From positions 33,436,392-33,472,404 of the forward strand of contig NC_068987.1 in the NCBI RefSeq assembly GCF_001194135.2: 36,013 nt of DNA, written 5' to 3'. Positions 1 through 12,270 of this stretch are shown here, one piece after another (positions within the stretch are counted from its first letter, which is position 1; each line of letters begins with the position of its first letter). The DNA comes from Octopus bimaculoides (taxonomy: Eukaryota). The position numbers and the translations under genes were made by a program. Under the pieces are notes generated by a model. It had not been told where the DNA came from. It worked only from the letters and a program-made list of their open reading frames with translations, and made no database searches.

Positions 1-1439
1 TAAGAAGGAAGGAAACAAAGGACCACTGATGAGGTCACAAAAGTGTGAGGAAAGAACTCTGGCCGAAATAAGATTAAGATTAATGTAATATAAAGCGGAA
101 GCAAATTAACACCAAATATACAGTGCGTGTGTTTTTATTGGCTAAACTGGCAATATGACCATCCCCAAGTACAACAACATATATATATATATATATATGT
201 TGCCAAGTAAATTCACGTAATATATATTTTGTCTCCACTCGCTTGTTACACTTCATATTTTATTATTTTAACTCATGTCCATTGTATTGAATTTTAATCA
301 GTCGAACATATTAATATTATTTTACTGAAATTCCTTTACAAGGCAAGAAGATGGAAGAAATCCATGTCGTCGCTATTCTATTTAAGAATACACTACACTT
401 CTAAGAAAGGCATGAAGCTTACTGGCGTCTTAGCTTTTAAAGGATTGTGGTTCATTTCTAATTCTTTTGTCTTTTTATCAACTACTAAATCTAAGACTAG
501 AGGACTATGTTTGTTTGGATTGAAAGGCAAGAGTGAGTTGACAGTTCATTTACTTATGTAACTAAAATGTATATATTTATGAACAAGAAAAATAACGATT
601 TATAAGGGATAAGAGTTTAATAGGTTAAGCATGTGCTTAACCTATTAGCCTCTTATGCATATATACACATATACAAATATTTATATGTTTATATGAATAT
701 AGTATAATTATTTCACATGGACTTGGTAGCTGAAAAATCTCTATTTAAGAACAGTAACAATTTTAAGGGATAGGAGGCTAATAGGTAAGAATATCAAACT
801 AAGAAAACAAAATAATAAAATTTATCAAAAAATGATTATNNNNNNNNNNNNNNNNNNNNNNNNNNNNNNNNNNNNNNNNNNNNNNNNNNNNNNNNNNNNN
901 NNNNNNNNNNNNNNNNNNNNNNNNNNNNNNNNNNNNNNNNNNNNNNNNNNNNNNNNNNNNNNNNNNNNNNNNNNNNNNNNNNNNNNNNNNNNNNNNNNNN
1001 NNNNNNNNNNNNNNNNNNNNNNNNNNNNNNNNNNNNNNNNNNNNNNNNNNNNNNNNNNNNNNNNNNNNNNNNNNNNNNNNNNNNNNNNNNNNNNNNNNNN
1101 NNNNNNNNNNNNNNNNNNNNNNNNNNNNNNNNNNTATAACTTACGTTAAAAAATACAGGGTATTAAAACTTGAGTTTGGAAAGAGGTAAAGGTAACCTTA
1201 AAAGAGGAGGTAGTCTGTATGGGAGGGAAGTTGGAGGTATTCCGACCGAAGAGATTATATAAGTTGCGATGTTACAGGTACTATTACATATATGATCTCA
1301 TAGTTTCTAGCGGGTATATAATGAGGAGACTTACTTACATAAAAGCCATTACAAATATACATAATATGATCAGTACGGTAGAACATCATGTAAAGGCAGA
1401 ATAGTTTAATCCCCCAAAACCTGATGTATTTAGACTAAC

Positions 1440-3185
1440 TAGGCAAGAGTTTTCATGAGATAGTAATTCTGTTATATCTATGGGAAACAGGGGAGTTTTT
1501 TTCTACAATTGCCATAAATTTCTTATATATGTTTGTGGACATGGTACAGTTGAAGGGAACATTATACCAAATAAAATCCTTATTTTCAAACCTCTTACGT
1601 ATGTAAGGTCGGAATCTACTGCTCTTTGAACGCCTCCAAAAATATCACGACTTGATTATCAGGTATGGCCATATTACCAATATTATTCTTATCATTAGAG
1701 GGTAGCATAATCTGCCCAGTCGCCTCACTACCTTTTTCTATCTAAACTAATAGTTTAGATAAATAGCATCTAATTTCCTATTGTTGCTTATCTTTTTGTT
1801 TAAATTGATGGGTTTATTGGATGCTTTCCTGGTAGGTTTGTTTTCCCGATCAAGCAAGCCTGTATTCCCCCTCTCACTTAAAATCTCGTTATTTCTACTA
1901 TTAGTAGGTGTTGTACTTTCAGGATTAAGAAAAGTAATTTCATGGTCGTATCCTGCCTTAGACAAAGCGAAGTTGTAGTGGTGGGAATGGGTATTAAAAT
2001 GTCTTTATTAGCTGATAATTTCGTAATTCTTTTAGAAATACTTTTAACTAACGATTTTAACACATTAGGGTTTGATTTGATGATTTGTTCACATACCTCG
2101 TAACTTCACCTGGTTTCTTATATGGGTGGTATAATCCTGAGTTAATGTCTAATGTAGTATCTAAGACATTTTCCACCTTTGTGCCAAATTCAAACGTAAT
2201 ACCTAAGTTGAAGCCCTTAAAAAATTATCTAATTCTGTTCCTCATTCTTACTATGACGGATTTGTTGTCACTAGGGATAATAAATACAGCATCATCTGTA
2301 TATAAACCTCCCTGTAATTCAGGGATTTCATTATTAAGGCACTTTAAAAGATACGCACTAGGTTAGTGATTTGAGCCGTATCACTCGGACCCATAACTAT
2401 ATCGAAATTATCAAGGGTATCGGACCTCCTCTATAACGCACCCTCAAATTCTATGATAGTCTCCCTGGCTAAAAGAATAATGTCATTTTTATCCCTAGTT
2501 ATGAGAGAGAGAGAGAGAGAGGTTATGTTTGCGAAAATTAGGGATTTGTTAAGAAAAATAGGAGATATACTAGAATAATAACTGTTAATATCAAATTGAC
2601 AAAACGAATAATTACGTATATTTGCAATGGATTTAAACCAATATATCATGTCATCCGTATCAACCCATAATTTGAGAGATTGATTAGGAATTATTAGAGG
2701 TAGTATATTATCCAGAATAGATTTATTAAATCAACCTATATCGAGCTTAGTCGGGAAAATCAGTCCAACATCAGGATTATCTTGGAAGTTCTTTTTATGG
2801 TCCTTGAGATTAATCCTTGGTTCATTTGGTTTTAAGGGTTCGGTCCTATCCGCTAAGTCATATTTCATCATAATGTTCTTAATTTCTAAGTTGATGTCTA
2901 ATAGATACTTTGTCGTGGTTATTTTATATTTAGCATTGAGTTCTTTCATTATTAGTCTTCTATAGGTAATATAGTCATGTCTATATAAGTTTCTAGTTTT
3001 ATCCGCCAATACAAGTATTTCTGGTTTGTTCTGCAATGATTTAATAAAGTCTCTAAGCTTCATCAGATGCAAGTCTTTTCTAAGTGGGTGTTCCGTGAAG
3101 TTTCCATTTGCTATTAGTTCAAATAAGTATTTTTCAAAATTTTCCAGTAGTTGGCTAGGTGGAGAATTTTTTCTGCTTTTGAATA
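1440..3185 (-). mobile_element. Penelope-like retroelement (PLE) fragment 1: decayed reverse transcriptase ORF with frameshifts and stops
   Basis: Minus-strand translation across frames gives the PLE RT motif series in order: FKSRKNSPP...ILVLADKTRNLY (ORF 2731-3072), LKDHKKNF...LIFPTKLDIG, WFKSI...FCQFDINSYYSSIS (motif A, ~2590), NFDIVMGPSDTAQ (motif B'), GGLYTDDA (catalytic YxDD at 2291-2302), NVLDTTLD..LYHPYKKP, and DFIWYNVPF..STNIYKKF (~1500-1580). A (GA)n tract interrupts the ORF at ~2502-2520. No GIY-YIG domain was recognised downstream. Confidence 0.85.
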
Positions 3186-3649
3186 TCTTATTATAATAAT
3201 TTTTATCATGTTTCTAAGTTTCTTTTCTTCTTCTTAGCTTCATGTTGGTAAGCTCTCCAACTCATCCGAACAAGCTCATTTGTCCTATTGATTAGCAGCC
3301 ACATATAGTTATCCTTATTATGTAAGGGGATGTCCTTCTGAGAAAATTCCATATTTACCCTCACGACCAGCGGTGCCGAAGCTTTTTTAAAAATCGTTCA
3401 CAATTCTATGCTAAAACGTACTAAAATTCATGAAAACGTACAAAATATTTTTGAAATATGTCACAACCGCAAATATAGAGAAAAATATCGGTTTTTCTGA
3501 GAAACTTTGAAATATATGGGTGTATAATTACCTGAATGTGATGAAAATGCATATAAAAAAGAGTGAATATTGAAATTTAAAATCTCTAAAACGTACAATA
3601 CAGTAAATTTTTCGGTACCAAGATAAAAAAAAAATGTATAAATTCACCA

Positions 3650-4870
3650 ACTTCAGCAGCGCTGGTACCGAGTCCTCCAGATGAAGACCTGCCACAGAGA
3701 GTGTTTTCCCATGCGATTTGTTGCGTGACATCACAAAACTTATACGAAATGCTAGATTTGATGTCCGCTCCCGATTGAATAAGGAGAATCCTAGGTATGA
3801 AGAAATCCTTTCCCTTTCCGCGTCTCTGTACTTGAACCACAAAGAACTGTGATCACATGACATGCAATATCACTGCAAACAATGCCCTGAGACTTTTGGG
3901 TGACTTCGATGCAGCAGCCTCTGCTAGCATTGCATGACACTACCCCATCTTCTAGCAACCCGTGCTTGAAGCAGGCCTCCTGGGAGGTTCCACTTACCTC
4001 GCCATCAAAGGTTTTCATGTCATGGAAACACGTTGGTCCTCTGACTTTGTGCACTAAATGCTGAAGTAGAAACAGACCTGTTGACTGAGATGGACCTTGT
4101 AAAATCTCCCAAAGCTGAGACTTTTATGCAGCGGCCTCTGCCATCGTATCATCCCACTGTGCCCTATCTTCTAGCAACCCGTGCTTGAAGCAGGCCTCTC
4201 GGTTTGTTCCACATACATAGTAATGTCTGAAAACACTACTGTTGACTGGGATGGACTGTCTAAACTCTCTCAAGGAAATTTCCATGACGTTCATAAACAT
4301 CTTGACCAGCCCGTCTTCGTATTCACTTCTTTTTGGCGGCATTTACACAAATGGTGAGCTTATTGGACGAAGTAGTCTGACAGACGCGTGGAGGTAGGTA
4401 CATACAAAGCCTATAGAACCTCGCTGTAGACAATATTTCTTTGTTTTACCTTGAGGGGAAAATGCGAATATATTGTTTTTGGTCCCCACTCTGGAGCAGC
4501 CAACATACAATTGCCCCTATGAGAAACACGACTCCTCAGTGTGAAGTCCTGTCACTGAGAGTGTTAGCCCCTGCAATTTGTTGATCGATATCGCAAAATT
4601 TACACCAACAAGAAATTACAACCGCCTGAAAGTAAAGGGAATTTCCGTTTCCAGTGGAATAATAGGGATGCTTTGCATGAAGACGTGCTCTGCCTGTCCA
4701 CATCCGGACAAGGAGATCGCCTCAGTAACACGTTGCATCATATTGTTCTCCACCAGTTGTCTCCCATTGCACACGCTTGGAGGATGAAAATTCCTCATCA
4801 GCATTATTGGAGTGCCCACTTTCAGTCCCAATCTGTGGGGAGGGAGACCTGGAGGTTCCAGCGGAAGCTC
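3650..4870 (-). mobile_element. Helitron Rep/helicase remnants, rearranged and duplicated
   Basis: PIF1-like helicase C-terminus: LEPPGLPPHRLGLKVGTPIMLMRN..CNG, then FAISINKLQGLTL..GQLYVGCSRV..GKTxNIVYSEVL* (stop 4411-4413). Two copies of the Helitron Rep-to-helicase region GRxYxVH..CFY..VRGPT..EACFKHGLLED (3870-4120 and 4130-4290). A second helicase motif V copy, FIPRI...FVMSRNKSHGKTLSVAGLHLE (3655-3830). Confidence 0.85.
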
Positions 4871-6105
4871 CGGGCAAAGTTTTATAGTGCATGACCATCC
4901 TTGGCACATAAGTAATGTGTTTGTAACATTTGGTAAAAATCGGTTGCAAAATGTAGAAATGTATACGTACTAAACACACAGACACACAGACAGTTTTGTT
5001 GGGAGAATGTACAAATACCGAAATGACAAAAATATTTATGCACGACAAACTTGAAAACACTTGAGTTATTAAGCAGATGTAGCAAAACTGAATTTAAACA
5101 CACTGGGTGAAAAAAGATGAAAAATAATTATATCATTTTTCGGAGAGAACGTACAAAAACCGTAAGAACAGAGGTCGTTACAGACGACTAATTTATATTC
5201 AAGGAAGTCAATTTGTAGGCAGAACTTACAGACCCCGTTTGAGCGTATAAATCTCTGCAACAAAATAGTCTGAATGAAAAAATTTGAGCTGCTTTAGGAT
5301 AGCTTTCTCTAACGCATGATAACTCAGTAGCCCGGTTGATATCTAATTAGCTAGTAATAAACTTATAGGCTGTATGAGGCCCATCTACGGCATATGTACG
5401 ACCCATGCACAAAGTTATTCGACCGAGGGAGAAATGTAAATAGTGTATTTAAATAGACGGAATGCAAAAAAAAAAAATAATAAGTAATGTTGTAGGGAGA
5501 ATGTGCAAATATCGTACAGACAAGATATTTACGCACGACAAAATTGAAATACACTGAAGTTAGTTCTTAGGCAGATACGGCAAAACTGAATTGAAACAGA
5601 CTTGGTGAACAAAAATAAAAAATAATCCAATTATTATTCAGGGAGAACGGACAAAACCCGTAACAGCAGATTTTTAATCACGAGTAATATAAAATACAAG
5701 GAAGTTAGGTTAGTACGTTGGTAAGTGTATTATGAGTGAGTTAAAGAAAGTGTGAGAGAGAGATGGAGAGGGTAAAAGAAACAGACATAGACTAAAGGAG
5801 AGAAGCTATTAGAGAGGGTGAGATAGAAGATGTGTAAGGAACAGAATCAGAGAATGAAAAACAGAGAGTGACGTGAGAAATCAAGAGAGAGAGAGAGAGA
5901 AAAGGGAATGAACTGGTTGAAAACTGCAGAAGATTTAAGAGAAAGACCTGTGTAAAACACCATTTTTCCCGGTTTCTCGCTTTACGCAGGAGCTCTGGGC
6001 AGAGCGTTATAGTGCATGACTATCGTTGGCACATACGTAGTGTGTGCAAAGCTTGGTGAAAATCGACTGAAAGCAGTAGAAATACATACGCACTACACAT
6101 ACACA

Positions 6106-6110
<5 letters not shown>
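4866..6110. repeat. Diverged direct repeats next to the Helitron remnant: ~125-bp pair (4866-4990 / 5991-6110) and ~210-bp pair (~5000-5210 / ~5490-5705)
   Basis: agctcYgggcaRag..ttatagtgcatgacYatcSttggcacata starts at both 4866 and 5991. The block gggagaatgtRcaaata...gcacgacaaa...gcaaaactgaatt...aaggaagt occurs twice. Confidence 0.7.
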
Positions 6111-6171
<61 letters not shown>

Positions 6172-6177
6172 CGTGTT

Positions 6178-6238
<61 letters not shown>

Positions 6239-6240
6239 TT
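6107..6240. repeat. Compound microsatellite (CA)n(TA)n(TG)n(TA)n(TG)n
   Basis: Read directly from the sequence. Confidence 0.95.
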
Positions 6241-6339
6241 GCATATAAGTTCGCATGTATTTATATATGTAGTTGTATCAAAGAACCAAATAATAACTGG
6301 GCATTTATAGCCGTAGATTCAAAAGGTCGATTTTCCAGA

Positions 6340-6535
6340 CGCTGTGACTTATACAAATACCTTTCTGAAGGGAGGTCAGTCCGTCATTAGATTGCTCACT
6401 TTTATGAACTGAGTGGACTGCAGAAATGTGAAACGAAGGGTTTTCGGCAAGAACAAAATGCATCACCGTTTCAGGAATCCAAACTATTGTCTCATAATGA
6501 TGTGTAACACTCTAACTATTTATGCACGAGCACTC
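6340..6535 (-). mobile_element. Degenerate tRNA-derived SINE head and core
   Basis: Reverse complement shows a degenerate A box (gtgcataaatagttag) and B box (gtttggattcc), followed by ...cttcgtttcacatttctgcagtccactcag...gacggactg, resembling a mollusc SINE body. Family not assigned. Confidence 0.5.
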
Positions 6536-7371
6536 TGTATCTATTATATACCGACGCGTAAACACACGCATACACACACTAACACAAACTCACACATAAG
6601 CACGCACGTGCGCGCATACACACATATAAATATATATATATACAAATATATGTATATACAGATATACTTTTGTTAGCGTTTATATGTCTATGTATATATA
6701 GATAAATATATAAACATATTTATATATACATATGTACATATATACACAAACACAAGCATAGTCATATACAAACATACATATATGAGTTTATATAACGCGG
6801 AAGCATGAATAATATAGTAGTGTCTTGAACAGTCTAAAGTGTTGTTCTATACAACATGTTGTTACCTTGTGGAAAATATAAATATTTGAAATACCGATAT
6901 TTAACAGAAAATTAGTTTCGAAAACGACCCGAAGAAAAATATTTGTAAATAGCGGAATGTTGCCGATTCACAAACATTCATTAAATATGAATATAAATAT
7001 ATATATGTANNNNNNNNNNNNNNNNNNNNNNNNNNNNNNNNNNNNNNNNNNNNNNNNNNNNNNNNNNNNNNNNNNNNNNNNNNNNNNNNNNNNNNNNNNN
7101 NNNNNNNNNNNNNNNNNNNNNNNNNNNNNNNNNNNNNNNNNNNNNNNNNNNNNNNNNNNNNNNNNNNNNNNNNNNNNNNNNNNNNNNNNNNNNNNNNNNN
7201 NNNNNNNNNNNNNNNNNNNNNNNNNNNNNNNNNNNNNNNNNNNNNNNNNNNNNNNNNNNNNNNNNNNNNNNNNNNNNNNNNNNNNNNNNNNNNNNNNNNN
7301 NNNNNNNNNNNNNNNNNNNNNNNNNNNNNNNNNNNNNNNNNNNNNNNNNNNNNNNNNNNNNNNNNNNNNNN

Positions 7372-8040
7372 TATATATATATATATATATATATATACAG
7401 CTACATACACACCATAGAGTCGAATACACATTTGCTGACGCACAAACTCCCCTCTCTCTCTCTCTTTCAGACACACACACACACACCCACACACACACAC
7501 GCATACACACATTCACACACACATAGTGTCACACACACATATACGTATAATTGTTTTTTGTCACTTTTCAATTTCTGGGAAAAATTTACACTAAATTTAA
7601 TAGCATTCTCACGTGATCTCGCAATAACTTATACTACACGTTATATTGATAGGCAATAACGCTGTTAACCATTTTCTCAAGAGATTGCGTCTTACTTTTA
7701 AAATACTGGATACTTAATTAGCTTCTAAATATCACTTTTCATATATTTATGTCACTTCTACTTTGTTTGGGAAAATATGAATCACTATGTGAGTATGTAT
7801 GTGTTTATATGTGCAACTCTCAATCTATCTCTTTTAATTCAGACACGTCACCTCTTCTCCTGTCTTTGTAAATATATGTGTGGTTGTGTGCGTGCGTGCG
7901 TGTGTGCCTGTGTCTGTGTGTGTGTCTGTGTGTATGTGTGTGTGTATGTTCACATATGATTGGGTGTGGCAGTGTGAGTGTGTGAGCACAACTACAATTA
8001 CCACAGATGTGTATACGTGTATACATGAGCGTACATATAC

Positions 8041-8116
<76 letters not shown>

Positions 8117-8200
8117 NNNNNNNNNNGTGTGTGTGTATGCCCGTGTGTGTTAGTGTGCTTGCGTGTGTATATATGTATGTATATACACCCTTACATGTAT
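7372..8200. repeat. Microsatellite cluster: (TA)n, (CT)n, (CA)n, (TG)n
   Basis: Read directly; flanks the gaps at 7010-7371 and 8117-8126. Confidence 0.9.
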
Positions 8201-8955
8201 GTATTTGTTTTGTGCAAGATGGCTACTACTGTTTTAGTAAAGCAACATTTCGTAATATTCTTTGGAGAAAAGCATACATATGCTTACAGTTTTTAAGAAA
8301 GAAATCATAAAGTACAGCTGAACTAATTTCTATTTCTATTACCTTCTTAATGAAGGCATTGTTATTTTTTTCACGTTCTACTGTACACTCGTATATGCAG
8401 TTCGCACATTTTTCTTTATACCAATTTAAATGTTCAATGCCAACATTATAATAAAAAGAGTGAAATTGATTAAATCTAAGCGTATGATATTCGAAATAGA
8501 TCCCGGATTCCGATAATATCACAAGAATCAATCATACAAGCAGTGAGGGAGTATTAGAAATTGATAAAATGAAACAGAAAGAAACGAGAAAACAGGAAAG
8601 AGCATATGAGAAAGTCAATCGAATTTTTAAATACTCACCACAATACTGTGACTAAGATAAGGGGTTTAGTTGTTATCCTTTACAGTTACGGTCTTTAGTT
8701 CCAGCATAACAAACAGAGAGAAAATTTCAATGGCTAGACACGGTCGCTCCTAAAGCCCGCATGCCAAACTATAGAAGACAGAATATATCTACCTCCGACG
8801 CACAAATGCGATGTTGTCTGATACACATTGAAACAATTATATAACTCTGATATACTGAACAATAATATCAACAGGAAGCAAACAGTATTTGATAAGTTGA
8901 ATAAAATAACGCTAAATAAACACAAACAGTTGTTTCTTAATGTGTAGGAGAATGC

Positions 8956-9169
8956 AAGGCGGTGAGATGGCAGAATTGTTAGAACGCTGGTGAAAATACT
9001 TAGCAACATTTCGTCCGTCGCTACGTTCTAACTTCAAATTCCGCCGATTGGACGTTACTATTCGTCCTTTCGAGGTCTATAAAATAAATGCCATTTGAGC
9101 ACTGGGGTCAATGTAATCGATTTACCCGTTCCTTGAAGTTACTTAATTTGTGTCACAATCTGAAACCAA
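8956..9169 (+). mobile_element. tRNA-derived SINE, family A (copy 1)
   Basis: A-box-like aaggcggtgagatggcagaattgttag, B-box-like acttcaaattccgcc, core ...aaataaatgccatttgagcactggggtcaatgtaatcgattta, 3' end tgaaaccaa. Aligns by eye with 13551-13764 and the reverse complement of 10745-10925. Confidence 0.8.
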
Positions 9170-10138
9170 ACTGTAGAATGAACGCCTGCAACAGCAGCCC
9201 ATAACTTCAGGAATAACCACATAACACTAATACGTAATGATAAATGATTACAGAGATAAAATAGAGAAAAGAATTAACATTAAGGGAAGATTATGGCATC
9301 ACAACAATGAGAAGGTTGGCCATATCATTATAAGCAGCGCAGTCCTTCCTATCTCAGAGCATATTCACATATTAACTGTGCAATATGCCAAGAGTTTAAC
9401 GTGAAACACGCAAGATGTGGTTTTGCTATATTTGAAACATGGTATATGACAGTCACGTAGCAATGGTAATTTAAAACATGTGATTCGAAACTGACATGCT
9501 ATGAAGGAAAACATGGTATATCTAGAACTGGAATGGAAATATTTGTAATAGATTTGGGTTATCGATACATTTTGAGGAACTCGTAGCTCGAAAAGTGACA
9601 AAGGAACTGTCAAGGAAAACGAAATGAAAATAGACTCGGTGAATGAAAGTAAGAACAATATATTTTAAAATCAGAAAGCAGCTACGATAAACACGAATAG
9701 TTGCATAAATCTTTACCAATATCTACAGAACCAGTGCAAAATATAATCTTCTATCTAAACACCTAAGTAAAATAACTATAGCCAACACAACAATATCAAA
9801 CCAACAGCATCACCGATCACAAGTACTTCTAAAAGAGTACAACTATGCACCATTCACTACGTACAATAATTAAAGACATGAAAACAAATACCCAGCATGG
9901 GAGAAATATACTACCCGCCACATATACCCTCTTCAGTTCGTACTTTGCAAAAGAAGAAGAAACACTATAATCAGAACCAAGAAATCAAGTCAAGAAAACT
10001 GCAGCAAAAACATATCGTAGAATATGAAATCGCCAAAATACAATGTTGCATTTAAGCCAATTGCGACCGATGTGAGGGGGGGGGGCAGATTTATATAAGA
10101 TTGTGGAAAATATGGGAGATCAACAACAATGAAAACAA

Positions 10139-10270
<132 letters not shown>

Positions 10271-10661
10271 ATGAAGATCACGACGAATAAAATGCTTTCT
10301 AATTGATGTATCAATACCAACAGATGACAACGTTTCCTAAAAGAAGTGCAGACGATTTCAAAATGCAAAGACCTGGCAATAGAGGTAACTCGAATGTGGA
10401 ATCTAAAAACAGAAACCATTCCTATCACAGTGGGCGTATAAGGTATGATAAAAAAATTCAGACAATACATAACAAAAACACCAGGACTAACAAGTATATA
10501 TGACATACAAAAAATAACACTACTAGGCATGATACACATCCTACGTGAAACACTTTCAATGCAGTAACTATAAGAGCATCACAACAAAGTACAGCACATA
10601 CCCAAGACACACAGAGCTGCGCTCTGTAGTGCAGTGAACGCACGTTCTAAGAATAAGAGTG

Positions 10662-10664
<3 letters not shown>
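10271..10664 (+). mobile_element. 5'-truncated R4/Dong-type non-LTR retrotransposon: restriction-like endonuclease C-terminus plus 3' UTR
   Basis: With one frameshift near 10336 and one internal stop it reads KCFLIDVSIPTDDNVS-KEVQTISKCKDLAIEVTRMWNLKTETIPITVGV*GMIKK...PGL..IQKITLLGMIHILRETLSMQ* (stop 10565-10567). This fits the PD-(D/E)xK endonuclease tail of R4-clade LINEs. It is flanked on both sides by (AAT)n, the known Dong target. Confidence 0.8.

Positions 10665-10740
<76 letters not shown>
10665..10740. repeat. (AAT)25 tract between the LINE 3' end and the SINE 3' end
   Basis: Read directly from the sequence. Confidence 0.95.
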
Positions 10741-10744
10741 GTCA

Positions 10745-10925
10745 CCCTTTCTAGTATAGACACAAAGCATGGCATTTGGCGGGAAAGGTGTCTAGGTGAT
10801 TGCATCGACCCCAGTATTTCACTAGTACTTAATTTATCGATCCCGAAATGATGAAAGGCAAAGACTATCTCGGCGGATTTTTAATTCAGAACAGAAAGAT
10901 GGATGAACTGCTGCTTGGCATACGG
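10745..10925 (-). mobile_element. tRNA-derived SINE, family A (copy 2, inverted)
   Basis: Reverse complement reads ...gaattaaaaatccgccgagatagtctttgcctttcatcatttcgggatcgataaattaagtactagtgaaatactggggtcgatgcaatc..., matching the body of 8956-9169 and 13551-13764. Confidence 0.75.
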
Positions 10926-11869
10926 CATTGATATTTCGGCTCAAGAGAGTTTCTGGTGGGAAATCTTTGAAGCACGTATCTAAACTATATTTATATATAA
11001 CTAAGTCTTACAAGACCAAACTGAGTGAAGTGAGTTTTTTCAGCGTGTGCCTCTGGATTAACATTAAACACTGATACCCGTGGTGTCTTACTGCACATTG
11101 TTCATTAGAAAATCGTGCTTTGCGACAGTAGGAGAAGCAACCTACTCTCTCAAATTGAAATCCGGTGTGTTTTCATGTATATCTACTTTTTGATAACTTC
11201 CTAAATATCTCGCGTTACAAGGAAAAGTTTTATTTTGGTAATGCGAAGACTGCTATCAGAAGATTCACTAATGTTTTTTTTTTCTTCTTGTTTAGGAAGT
11301 AATCCTAGATTTGAACTTACAGAACAGAGATTCAGAAGAGACAACCTGAAGATACTAAGTTGATGGGTGCAGATACTTAATAACACCACGATGCCAATTT
11401 TTTTCCAGTTTCAAGAGAAGTCACTACTAGTTATATCTGAAGTCTTCTTTGAATAGTCGGGCATGAGTTTTGCTGGAAAGTAAACAATGCAGTAATTAAT
11501 AAGGAGAGTTGAAATTAATGCATGCAAGATTTCACAGCTCTAGTATTATTTCTTCATAATCAGCCTAAAAACTTTTAAATCGACCCTTGTTACGTATAGG
11601 AAGTCAACGTCTTATAGATGGCGATAAAACTTCAGAGAAATGTAAGTATCCATAATAACAAAAACAAATATTGAAGAATGACATGAAACATTTAATTAGT
11701 TCTGATGTTTAAAGATAAAACTCACTATGAAAATTATAAACATTTCTAAGATAGCATTTTAATATCTTACTTATTGTCATTTATTTTATATTTAAGATTT
11801 TTTCTTCTTGATCTTTGCTATATATAACGCATATTCTACATATTCCACAATCGTTCAAGTCAAATTGCG

Positions 11870-12145
11870 ATATATATTTACATACATGCATATAAACATA
11901 TACATATATACATACATACATATACACACATACGCATACACTTCCACACACATATACATATGTATGTATGTGTGTGTCTACATATAAATGTATGTACATA
12001 TATGAACCGGTAACTGTATGTGTATGTTTTACATTGAAGTATAATCATATATATTGACATTTGCAAATATACACATATATATTGATATCAAATTTTGTGT
12101 GTGTGTGTATGACTGTATCTACATTCTTAGAGTGAAAGATAAAGC

Positions 12146-12213
<68 letters not shown>

Positions 12214-12270
12214 GAGATTCAGATAGACAGATAGACAGAGAGTGAGTGAGTGAGAGAGAAAAATAGAGAG
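11870..12270. repeat. Microsatellites: (TACA)/(TA)-type, (TG)n, (GA)n
   Basis: Read directly from the sequence. Confidence 0.85.

Noticed and set aside
3055-4805. CTGATGA matches on the minus strand at ~3061 and ~4796
   Set aside because: They fall within PLE and Helitron coding sequence and lack a downstream helix II-GAAA.
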